DNA from: Syntrophobacterales bacterium
GTDB taxonomy: Bacteria; Desulfobacterota; Syntrophia; Syntrophales; UBA5619
Length of the DNA: 64,000 nucleotides
Assembly (NCBI GenBank): GCA_019429105.1
Contig: JAHYJE010000013.1
Coordinates: forward strand, 4,193-68,192
Direction of reading: 5' to 3'
Below are positions 56,893 to 64,000 of the stretch, piece after piece. Positions within the stretch are counted from its first letter, which is position 1. Every line of letters starts with the position of its first letter. Position numbers and translations under genes: made by a program. The notes below the pieces were generated by a model that saw only the letters and a list, made by a program, of their open reading frames with translations, made no database searches and had not been told where the DNA came from.

Positions 56893-58620
56893 TCACAACT
56901 GCATGAGCCAGCCCCAGCCGGCAAGCAACAGATAAGATAAAAGCGTGACAGCAATCAAAATTCCTACCGCCGGTCGGTAATCGTCCGGATCATAGTCTCT
57001 GGCATCGGCCTTGCCCGAAAAGAAAGAAACCGGGTTTTTGCCGATAACCACAAGTCTGCGGACTATGCCATTGATGCTCTTTTCCGCCCTATTGAAAAGC
57101 GCTTCGACATTCACGGTAAAAATTCTTTCCACCAGTTGCGCCGGCTTGCGGTAGAACCAGTCCACATCGAGGGCTATTTCCGCTTTTCCGGCAACCTTTT
57201 TCCGATAAATCCAGAAGGCGACAAACGTAAAAATCAAGATCTGAGACGTTTCGGTCAGATGGATAAGCGTGTATGGCGCAAAGGGAATGTGAAAAGGCAG
57301 CATCTCGTAGAGAAGATTCGGCATGACCCCGAATAATATACAGAAAAAAGCGGCTATCGTCATGGCGAAATACATATTCACACGCAAAGGAATTGGCGAC
57401 AAGCCCCGGTCCTTGCCAAACCACGTATAATAAGGCAACTTCAGGCCGATGGACAAAAAGGTCCCCACGGAAGCGAGTGTCAGCAAGAGCCAGACCATTG
57501 TGTAATGCGCCTCTCCCGCTGCCGCGATGACCATTGATTTGCTGATGAACCCGTTGAAAAGGGGAAAGCCGGAAATGGAAAACGCGCCGATCATATAAAG
57601 CCATAAAATAAGGGGCTGTTTTTTCACCAGACCGCCCAACTCGGTCATTTTGCTTTTCCCTGTGGTATAGATGACGCTTCCCGCTCCCATAAAAAGAAGC
57701 GCTTTGTAGAGGATGTGGCTAAACGCGTGGGCTGTAGCGCCGTTAATGGCCAACTGCGTGCCGATCCCGGCGCCGGCAACCATGTATCCCACCTGACTGA
57801 TGATGTGATAAGACAGGATGCCGCGGATGTCGTTTGCCAGAACGGCAAAGACAACGCCGTAAAGCGCCATGAAAACGCCGAGAAAAACAAGAATTTCCCA
57901 GCCGGGGAATATTCTCAGCAAGACATAAACGGCGGTTTTCGTAGTCAGGGCGCTCAAAAAAACAGCCCCCGTCACCGTCGCTTTCGGATAGGCATCGGGG
58001 AGCCAGGCATGTAAAGGTACAACCGCCGCATTTAACGCGACTCCACCCAAAATCAGCCAGGAGGAAAGGGCGTTGCCGGGGGGAAGCTGTTCAATCAGGA
58101 TTTGCCCTGTCTCCGCGACGTGCATAATGATTCCGGATAGTAAAAGTGCGCCGCCAAAGAGATGAAAGATAAGATAGCGCATCCCCGCCCGTCCGGATTC
58201 CTCAGTTTTACTCGCCCAGACCAGGTATGCGGAGGGAATGCTCATCAGCTCCCAGAAGACAAAGAGAGTAAAGAAATCACCGGCAAACGTAACCCCTATG
58301 GCGCCCGCTGCATACAGCAGGGCCGCCGCCTGTTCCGCTTTTTCCCGGACATGAAACGCAAAAAGCGCGCCGATGAACGTAATCAAGGCAAATATCGTCC
58401 CGAAGACACGACTCAAACTGTCCATCTTGAACAGTACGAGCTGATAATCCATGAACTTCAAGGTGAGATTTATCCCGACCGGCGCCAACCAGACGGCAAG
58501 CAGGGCGAGTAACGGAATGAGCAGCGTGAGATAAGCGCGAGACAGTCTTGGCAAGAAGGGAAGGAGCATGGCGCCGGCAACCATGATGATAAACGGGGCT
58601 ACGGTTGTTTCAATTCCCAT
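56893..58620 (-). CDS. MrpD/NuoM-type antiporter-like subunit with ~110-aa C-terminal extension ending in one TM helix (paralogue of 48495-50252)
   Basis: 'PLHAWLPDAYPKATVTGAVFLSALTTKTAVYVL', 'YHIISQVGYMVAG', 'SHILYKALLFMGAG'. The tail is 'DVDWFYRKPAQLV...VGILIAVTLLSYLLLAGWGWLMQL'. The ATG at 58620 overlaps the 72-aa ORF by 11 nt. Confidence 0.8.
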   Translation of the reverse strand: MGIETTVAPFIIMVAGAMLLPFLPRLSRAYLTLLIPLLALLAVWLAPVGINLTLKFMDYQLVLFKMDSLSRVFGTIFALITFIGALFAFHVREKAEQAAALLYAAGAIGVTFAGDFFTLFVFWELMSIPSAYLVWASKTEESGRAGMRYLIFHLFGGALLLSGIIMHVAETGQILIEQLPPGNALSSWLILGGVALNAAVVPLHAWLPDAYPKATVTGAVFLSALTTKTAVYVLLRIFPGWEILVFLGVFMALYGVVFAVLANDIRGILSYHIISQVGYMVAGAGIGTQLAINGATAHAFSHILYKALLFMGAGSVIYTTGKSKMTELGGLVKKQPLILWLYMIGAFSISGFPLFNGFISKSMVIAAAGEAHYTMVWLLLTLASVGTFLSIGLKLPYYTWFGKDRGLSPIPLRVNMYFAMTIAAFFCILFGVMPNLLYEMLPFHIPFAPYTLIHLTETSQILIFTFVAFWIYRKKVAGKAEIALDVDWFYRKPAQLVERIFTVNVEALFNRAEKSINGIVRRLVVIGKNPVSFFSGKADARDYDPDDYRPAVGILIAVTLLSYLLLAGWGWLMQL

Positions 58621-58828
58621 CGTAGTAGTCCTCCCGCTTGGACAACAAAATCTTGCCGAGAAATTTTGCAAAAATGATTATCAACAGACAACCGAAAAAA
58701 CCGAACAGGGCGAAGAAACCGGGAATTGCACTCCACCACCCATGGAGCTCATCGCCGGTCGTCATAATACCTCCCGCGATGGAAGCCGCGCCGCCAATTC
58801 CCAGAAGAGCCCAGCGCAATTTATTCAT
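58610..58828 (-). CDS. small (72 aa) two-TM membrane protein, paralogue of 50245-50493
   Basis: '...HGWWSAIPGFFALFGFFGCLLIIIFAKFLGKILLSKREDYY'. It has an ATGA overlap with the upstream gene and an 11-nt overlap with the downstream gene. Confidence 0.6.
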   Translation of the reverse strand: MNKLRWALLGIGGAASIAGGIMTTGDELHGWWSAIPGFFALFGFFGCLLIIIFAKFLGKILLSKREDYYDGN

Positions 58829-60327
58829 GATCCGGTTACCCCCAAGATGCTGCCGCTTACCTGAACGGCAAGACTATAGAAATGCAGAAACAGATCGGGA
58901 CGAATCCCCCACAAGATCGATAAAAATGCCGTAACAGCAAGAGGAATAACAATAGCCAAGGAAGCCTCTCCCCTGAGAAACGGCGCGGCAGGGCTCTTGA
59001 AAAAGGCCCGATAAACAACCGGGGCAAAATATCCGGCATTGAGAATGCCGCTCAGCAACAGTAGTGCCAGCGGAACAACGGAACCGGCCTGCAAAGATCC
59101 CAGTCCCAGTTGCCATTTACTGACAAAGCCGTTGAGCGGCGGGACTCCCGCCAAGCCGATCGCGCCGATAGTAAAGGCGCCCATCGTCCAGGGCATCACC
59201 CGGCCAATGCCATCGAGTTCACTGATTTTTTCCTTATGGTGCGTCACATAAATTGCCCCGGCGCAAAAAAAGAGCGTGATTTTCATAGTCGCATGGCTGG
59301 CTATATGGAGCAGACTGCCGACAAGCGACGCAGGTGAAAGCAGCGCCGCGCCGAGAACAATATAGGACAAGTGCCCGACTGTCGAATAGGCCAAACGATG
59401 CTTCAGGTTATCCTGCCTGAAGGCAAGCAGTGAGGCAAAAATGATCGTAACGCCGGCAAAGGCCGCCAATATGATATTAAGATCGAATTGTCGCATCAAT
59501 TGCGGCCCGAAAACAAAACCGACAACCCTCACAACTCCGAATACCCCGGATTTGACCACCGCGACGGCGTGCAGCAGGGCGCTAACCGGGGTCGGAGCTA
59601 CCATCGCCGCCGGAAGCCAACTATGCAGCGGCATAATGGCGGCCTTTACCCCCACGCCGCCGATAAAAAGGGCAAAAAGAACTAAAACCGTACCCGGCGA
59701 CAGCAAGGCATCCCCAAACATCCCCCCCGCTTTGAAATCGAGAGTTCCAGCCAAACGGTATGTCCAGGCCGTCGCCGCGATCAACAGCACCCCCGCGGTA
59801 AGGGTATAGACGAGATACTTACGGCCCGCCGCTATGGCCACAGGAGTTTCCTTGTGAATAACCAGCGGATAGGTGGCAATGGTCAATATCTCGTAAAAAA
59901 AGATGAATGTCAGCAGGTTGGCGGCAAAGGCGACGCCGATGGTCGCGGAAAGGCAGATCGCGAAGCTTGCAAAATACCGGGTCTGCTTATGCTCATTCAA
60001 ACCCCGCACGTAGCCGATGGAGTAAATGGAAGTCAACATCCAGAGACCGGAGGCGATCAACGCAAAAAAAATCCCAAAGGAGTCTGCTTTCAGCGCCAGC
60101 GAGATGCCGGGAGATATTTCCCAGAATGTGAATTCAGCCACCTTTCCTGCCAAAACGCCCGGCAACAGCAGAAGCACAAACGAAAATTTGGCAACGCTTG
60201 CCGCAAGCGTCCAGAATTCCCTTATAAAAACATGTCTGGAACTCAAGGCAATCAGCAGAGCGGCTGCCAGCGAAACCAAAACCGCACAGAGCGGCAGCAA
60301 AGATCTGTAAATTTCAGGATCGGTCAT
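58825..60327 (-). CDS. NuoL/MrpA-N-type antiporter-like subunit without a long C-terminal extension (paralogue of 50569-52038)
   Basis: 'PLHSWLPAAMVAPTPVSALLHAVAVVKSGVF', 'KITLFFCAGAIY'. 500 aa. Confidence 0.8.
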   Translation of the reverse strand: MTDPEIYRSLLPLCAVLVSLAAALLIALSSRHVFIREFWTLAASVAKFSFVLLLLPGVLAGKVAEFTFWEISPGISLALKADSFGIFFALIASGLWMLTSIYSIGYVRGLNEHKQTRYFASFAICLSATIGVAFAANLLTFIFFYEILTIATYPLVIHKETPVAIAAGRKYLVYTLTAGVLLIAATAWTYRLAGTLDFKAGGMFGDALLSPGTVLVLFALFIGGVGVKAAIMPLHSWLPAAMVAPTPVSALLHAVAVVKSGVFGVVRVVGFVFGPQLMRQFDLNIILAAFAGVTIIFASLLAFRQDNLKHRLAYSTVGHLSYIVLGAALLSPASLVGSLLHIASHATMKITLFFCAGAIYVTHHKEKISELDGIGRVMPWTMGAFTIGAIGLAGVPPLNGFVSKWQLGLGSLQAGSVVPLALLLLSGILNAGYFAPVVYRAFFKSPAAPFLRGEASLAIVIPLAVTAFLSILWGIRPDLFLHFYSLAVQVSGSILGVTGS

Positions 60328-60340
60328 TTTCGTTCGTCCG

Positions 60341-61855
60341 TTACATTCCCGCAGGAATGATGTTCTGGATAATCCCCTTCACAATAGCCGAGTTGAACAA
60401 GCCGATAAAGATAAGGGAAAAAGAAAGGACAACTACCGGAATGGTCAGTGAAAAATTCTCTCCTCCGGCAATGGTCACTTCGTTCGTTGCATTTTCCGGG
60501 GCGTTCCCTGCCTCAGTAGCACGGTCCGGCGGCGACTTGAGATAGATATTTTCAAGGATCCGGAAAAAATAAACGGCATTCAACAGGCTGCTGGCCATAA
60601 TCACCGCCAGAAAAAGCCAGTTTCCCTTATCCACTGCGCCCAACGCCAGGTACCACTTGCTGAAGAAACCGGCTGTGGGCGGCAGGCCGATCATCGAAAG
60701 AGCGGCTAACGTAAAGGCGGCCGTTGTCCAGGGCAGTTTTTTCCGGCATTCGGAGTCCATCTTTTCGATATCGGAATGACCCAGCTTTTTTCTCAGGTTG
60801 GCGGCAACAAGAAACAATGAGCCTTTCATGAAGGCATGATTCAGAATATGCAGCACCGCGCCGATATAGCCCAGCGGATTGGCCAGCCCTATCCCCAGAC
60901 CGATATAACCGATTTGCGCGACACTGCTATAGGCAAGCATCCTCTTTAGCTCTTTCTGGGCGATCGCCATAACGGAACCGTAGATAATGCCTGCTGCCGA
61001 AAGCCAGGCAATAAAATCGGCAATGGGGAACGCCTTATCGACAAAAGGAGCGCCAAAGACAAAAAACATTATTCGGATAATTACGTACGCGCCTATTTTA
61101 GTGCCGATTGGGGCGATCAGCGCCGAAGAGGTGGAAGGGGCATAGGTATATGAGTCGGGCAGCCAGCCGTGGAGCGGAAAAATCGCCATCTTGATACCGA
61201 TGCCTGTCACCATGAGCAAAAGGGCAACGTTGACAGCAGAATTCGGACCAAGCAGGGGAAGGATCGCCTTCACATCGGCCATATTCAGCGAACCGGTTGC
61301 CATGTAAAGAAATCCTATGCCGATAAGGTAGAAGGAAGCGCCAATTGTTCCCATGATCAGGTACCGAAAGGCTGCAACCGGCGCCTTCTTTTCGCCGATG
61401 CCGATCAGACCATAGGCCGAAAGCGAAAATATTTCTATAAAGACATAGAGATTGAATAGATCGCCCGTGATGATTATGCCGTTTGCGCCGCAGAGAAAAA
61501 GCAGGACCAGGGCATAATACGGAACCGGCTTCTCGTTAATTTCCGACGTCTGCAGGCCGCTTGAATGCCAGATAACAAAAAGGGCAACAACATTCACCAC
61601 CAGGGCAATAAACGCCGAAAGGGGATCAAGGACATACTCGATGCCGAGGGGAGGAATCCAGCCGCCGAAATGATAAGAGATGCGGGCGCCGCTGAGAATC
61701 CTGGTAAGATTGTAACAAGCCACGACAACAGAGAAAAAAGAAGCCGTCGCCGCAAGGGGAAACGCCAGTTTCTCTTTTTTAAGCGCCAGCACCGGGATCG
61801 AGATTGCGGTTGCCAGAAGCGCCAGAGGAATGAGGGCGGGGGAATTCGGGATCAT
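60341..61855 (-). CDS. mrpD: MrpD/MbhH-type antiporter-like subunit
   Basis: 'PLHGWLPDSYTYAPSTSSALIAPIGTKIGAYVIIR'. 504 aa. It directly follows the MrpC-like gene. Confidence 0.8.
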   Translation of the reverse strand: MIPNSPALIPLALLATAISIPVLALKKEKLAFPLAATASFFSVVVACYNLTRILSGARISYHFGGWIPPLGIEYVLDPLSAFIALVVNVVALFVIWHSSGLQTSEINEKPVPYYALVLLFLCGANGIIITGDLFNLYVFIEIFSLSAYGLIGIGEKKAPVAAFRYLIMGTIGASFYLIGIGFLYMATGSLNMADVKAILPLLGPNSAVNVALLLMVTGIGIKMAIFPLHGWLPDSYTYAPSTSSALIAPIGTKIGAYVIIRIMFFVFGAPFVDKAFPIADFIAWLSAAGIIYGSVMAIAQKELKRMLAYSSVAQIGYIGLGIGLANPLGYIGAVLHILNHAFMKGSLFLVAANLRKKLGHSDIEKMDSECRKKLPWTTAAFTLAALSMIGLPPTAGFFSKWYLALGAVDKGNWLFLAVIMASSLLNAVYFFRILENIYLKSPPDRATEAGNAPENATNEVTIAGGENFSLTIPVVVLSFSLIFIGLFNSAIVKGIIQNIIPAGM

Positions 61856-62229
61856 GGCTGCGCTTTCATCCGTTCGATCAGGAGCGGTTCGTCCAGGGTC
61901 TTATAGTGACGATAAATGACAATGGCCAATGCGAAGGCGACCCCGCTTGTAGCCACGCCGACGACGATGGCGGTAAGCATCAGGCAATGCTGCAGCGGAC
62001 TGATATAGCGCGCTGCATCGGCAGCGCCGATCGCCGGATCGAGTACAGGCACTGTCGCTGCCCATTTGGCAGCGCTTGCCACATAGAACATGATGATCGA
62101 AACCTGGAAAATGGTCATCCCGATCAGCTTCTTGACGAGATTGTTCTTGAAAATCATCCCATACATGCCGATCAACATGAGAAGAATAACGCCCCAGTAG
62201 GTATAGTGCCCCCGGATAAAATCAATCAT
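61852..62229 (-). CDS. mrpC: MrpC/MnhC (NuoK-like) subunit
   Basis: 'GMYGMIFKNNLVKKLIGMTIFQ' and 'SPLQHCLMLTAIVVGVATSGVAFAL' form the MnhC pattern. The ATG at 62229 overlaps the upstream stop (ATGATTGA). Confidence 0.8.
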   Translation of the reverse strand: MIDFIRGHYTYWGVILLMLIGMYGMIFKNNLVKKLIGMTIFQVSIIMFYVASAAKWAATVPVLDPAIGAADAARYISPLQHCLMLTAIVVGVATSGVAFALAIVIYRHYKTLDEPLLIERMKAQP

Positions 62230-62662
62230 CGGGATATTCCTCCAGCAAATCATCGTATATGGCAACGAGAATCGCCATAACCGCAAGGCCTACGCCAATT
62301 TCCACCATCAGGATCCCAAGCGAACGAAGTTCCGGTGCGCTAAGACCGGGAAAGGGAAGAAAGGCGTAGTTGAGAAATTCCCCCCCGGACAGCATCGCCG
62401 TTAAACCTGTCCCGAAATAAATCAGCACCCCGATGGAACCAAGAGGCGTCCCCCAGATTCTCCGGAACTGAAGCTGGGCCAGATCATAACCAGCGGCGAG
62501 GCGGATGAGCAGGAGGGCGGCAGCCAACATTGTCCCACCCTGGAAACCCCCTCCGGGGCTGTAATGTCCATGAAATATGACATAAAGGCCGAATAACATA
62601 ATAAACGGCGAAACAGCTCCGCTTACCGTTAGTACTATGGGATTATATTTGTAGGCAAGCAT
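62222..62662 (-). CDS. MrpB/MnhB-domain subunit (MbhF-like)
   Basis: 'HGHYSPGGGFQGG' is the MnhB-domain hallmark. 146 aa, 4 TM. Confidence 0.75.
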   Translation of the reverse strand: MLAYKYNPIVLTVSGAVSPFIMLFGLYVIFHGHYSPGGGFQGGTMLAAALLLIRLAAGYDLAQLQFRRIWGTPLGSIGVLIYFGTGLTAMLSGGEFLNYAFLPFPGLSAPELRSLGILMVEIGVGLAVMAILVAIYDDLLEEYPDD

Positions 62663-62722
62663 CCCGATTACCTCATAAAAAATAATGGCGTGAGAAAATC
62701 TCCTGCTTTATCTGCCTTAATG

Positions 62723-63037
62723 TCAGCGGGAGTTCTTTAAAGGCTTTTTCCTTCTTCTCAGCACCAGAAAACAGATCAGCCCGGCCGTAAGGATAACCGT
62801 CTCCTCTCCCAGCGTATCGAAACCTCGATAATCGGCAAGGATGACTGTCACCATATTGGGTGTTTTCGCATCCCTCAGGGCATTGCGGATATAGAAGGAA
62901 GACGCCCCCGGGGAATCCACCAGACTTCTTGTTGAGTGCATGCCCGCCCCGGCATCGCCACGATTGGGAAGCCCTGTCGTGCCATAAATCAAAAGCGCCC
63001 CAAAGGCGATCAGCAATAGCCAGTTGACTATTTTCAA
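62723..63037 (-). CDS. MnhB-N-terminal-like small subunit (MbhE-like)
   Basis: 'NMVTVILADYRGFDTLGEETVI' is the motif I associate with the MnhB/MbhE region. 104 aa. Confidence 0.65.
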   Translation of the reverse strand: MKIVNWLLLIAFGALLIYGTTGLPNRGDAGAGMHSTRSLVDSPGASSFYIRNALRDAKTPNMVTVILADYRGFDTLGEETVILTAGLICFLVLRRRKKPLKNSR

Positions 63038-63279
63038 TCCCCGCTCCTTCTTGATGTCTGGAAAATCAGGACAACAAAAAATATTCCCGTTATCCCGGCG
63101 CCGACCACCGCCTCGGTAAACCCTACGTCAATAGCCCCCATCACCGCGTAAAGCAGGGCCGATACAAAGCTGAAGACACTGAGCGTTACCACCGCCGTCA
63201 GGAGATCCTTGACCGTCAACGAAATAACCGCCGAAACAAGCATAAAAACAGCCATGATCGTCTCTATTTCCCAGTACAT
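63034..63279 (-). CDS. MbhD/DUF4040-like small subunit (MrpA C-terminal-region homologue)
   Basis: 81 aa, 3 TM. 'GAIDVGFTEAVVGAGITG' fits the MbhD/DUF4040 pattern. Confidence 0.65.
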   Translation of the reverse strand: MYWEIETIMAVFMLVSAVISLTVKDLLTAVVTLSVFSFVSALLYAVMGAIDVGFTEAVVGAGITGIFFVVLIFQTSRRSGD

Positions 63280-63599
63280 TTCTCAGTCTCCCCACCGCTT
63301 CTTTTTTTAAACCATGGTCTGAGCCCACTCTGGATGGCCGCATTGGCAAGGGCATGTGTTCCGGTTGGATTCGTCAGAAAAACAAAAATGAGGATGAACA
63401 GGAGCTTGGCGCTGTTAAGCGTCAATCCCTCAATAAGAATCATTCCAAAAATCACGAGCATTATTCCCAGTGTATCGCTTTTTCCGGTCGCATGATTACG
63501 GGTGTAGAAATCAGGCAGTCGGATTAATCCAACACTTCCGACCAGCATAAAAAAGGCGCCCGCTATTACCGCGGCAATGCCCACGGTATTTCCGATCAT
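63264..63599 (-). CDS. mrpG: MrpG/MnhG subunit
   Basis: 'GSVGLIRLPDFYTRNHATGKSDTLG' is the MnhG/PhaG pattern. Confidence 0.8.
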   Translation of the reverse strand: MIGNTVGIAAVIAGAFFMLVGSVGLIRLPDFYTRNHATGKSDTLGIMLVIFGMILIEGLTLNSAKLLFILIFVFLTNPTGTHALANAAIQSGLRPWFKKRSGGETEKCTGK

Positions 63600-63865
63600 T
63601 CGCCCACCTTTTTAACTGCTATGAATTTGGCAATGGCGACAATCCCGATAAAATTGAGAACCGCATAAGCAAGAGTAATATCCACAAACATGTCAAACCT
63701 TTTGAACACAAAACCTATAGCCAGAATCAACACCATCGTCTTGGTGCCGATCGCTCCGGCGCCCAGCATCCTGTCAAAAATGGTAGGTCCCCGGAGAACC
63801 CGATAAAGGGGGATGAAAATAATGGAGGTCAGTATAACTGTATAATATAAAAAGAATCTGTCCAT
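63596..63865 (-). CDS. mrpF: MrpF/MnhF subunit
   Basis: 'YRVLRGPTIFDRMLGAGAIGTK' and 'DITLAYAVLNFIG' form the MnhF/PhaF pattern. Confidence 0.8.
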   Translation of the reverse strand: MDRFFLYYTVILTSIIFIPLYRVLRGPTIFDRMLGAGAIGTKTMVLILAIGFVFKRFDMFVDITLAYAVLNFIGIVAIAKFIAVKKVGE

Positions 63866-63877
63866 TTTGTTTACCGC

Positions 63878-64000
63878 TCACACTCTTGTTATCGCTACCT
63901 CTTTCACAACCTTGCCGGGATTCCGTTCGAAGAGCCCCGCCACTTGACCGGGCAGGGAACCGTCAATGATGCCGGAAGATGAAGCATCCATCAGCGAATG
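63878..64000 (-). CDS. 3' end of an MrpE/MnhE-like gene (partial, continues beyond the window)
   Basis: My own translation of the open minus-strand frame gives '...HSLMDASSSGIIDGSLPGQVAGLFERNPGKVVKEVAITRV*'. This resembles MrpE C-termini as I remember them ('..H.MDAS....E.....I.EV..'). Its position is the one expected before MrpF. Confidence 0.45.
   Translation of the reverse strand, partial: HSLMDASSSGIIDGSLPGQVAGLFERNPGKVVKEVAITRV

Overview
This is a gene-dense 64-kb chromosomal segment, roughly nine-tenths coding, with most genes on the minus strand. The gene content fits an anaerobic Gram-negative bacterium. My low-confidence guess is a syntrophic or sulfate-reducer-type deltaproteobacterium, based on an HMGL/Re-citrate-synthase-like enzyme, several sigma-54 activators, an ADP-forming acyl-CoA synthetase, and a Nuo set without NuoEFG. 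Left to right the window contains: (1) a 3'-truncated RtcR-like (CARF-type) sigma-54 activator divergent from a UvrD/PcrA-type helicase; (2) a minus-strand unit made of an RpiR regulator, ADP-forming acyl-CoA synthetase, crotonase, TAXI-TRAP receptor, DUF1850 and fused TRAP permease; (3) an HMGL (Re-citrate/homocitrate synthase-like) enzyme fused to a Cache-like sensor domain; (4) housekeeping genes aspS, hisS, dtd, guaB, dnaE, a CbpA-type J-protein, a TPR protein, a 4HBT thioesterase, an ApgM-family 'proposed homoserine kinase', hom, recG, purM, purN, pfk, rpmB and recJ; (5) a Liv-type ABC importer with an acyl-CoA ligase embedded in the operon, preceded by a histidine kinase and NtrC-type regulator pair and a divergent TetR; (6) from 45.5 kb to the right edge, an uninterrupted minus-strand array of 24 ORFs. 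This array joins an Mbh/Mbx-ordered Mrp module (E,F,G, split B-like, C,D) to a NuoA-B-CD-H-I-J-K...M-N set that lacks NuoEFG. A three-gene module (NuoL/MrpA-type subunit, conserved ~75-aa membrane protein, MrpD-type subunit with a C-terminal extension) occurs twice in it, giving seven antiporter-like subunits. I rate this array the most novel feature of the window. The non-coding highlights are a 21-bp unit repeated in direct tandem at three intergenic loci and a 174-bp MITE-like inverted-repeat element in the 416-bp recG/purM spacer. I found no rRNA gene, tRNA gene, CRISPR array or prophage gene. All calls rest on reading the supplied translations and sequence by eye. No database search was run.
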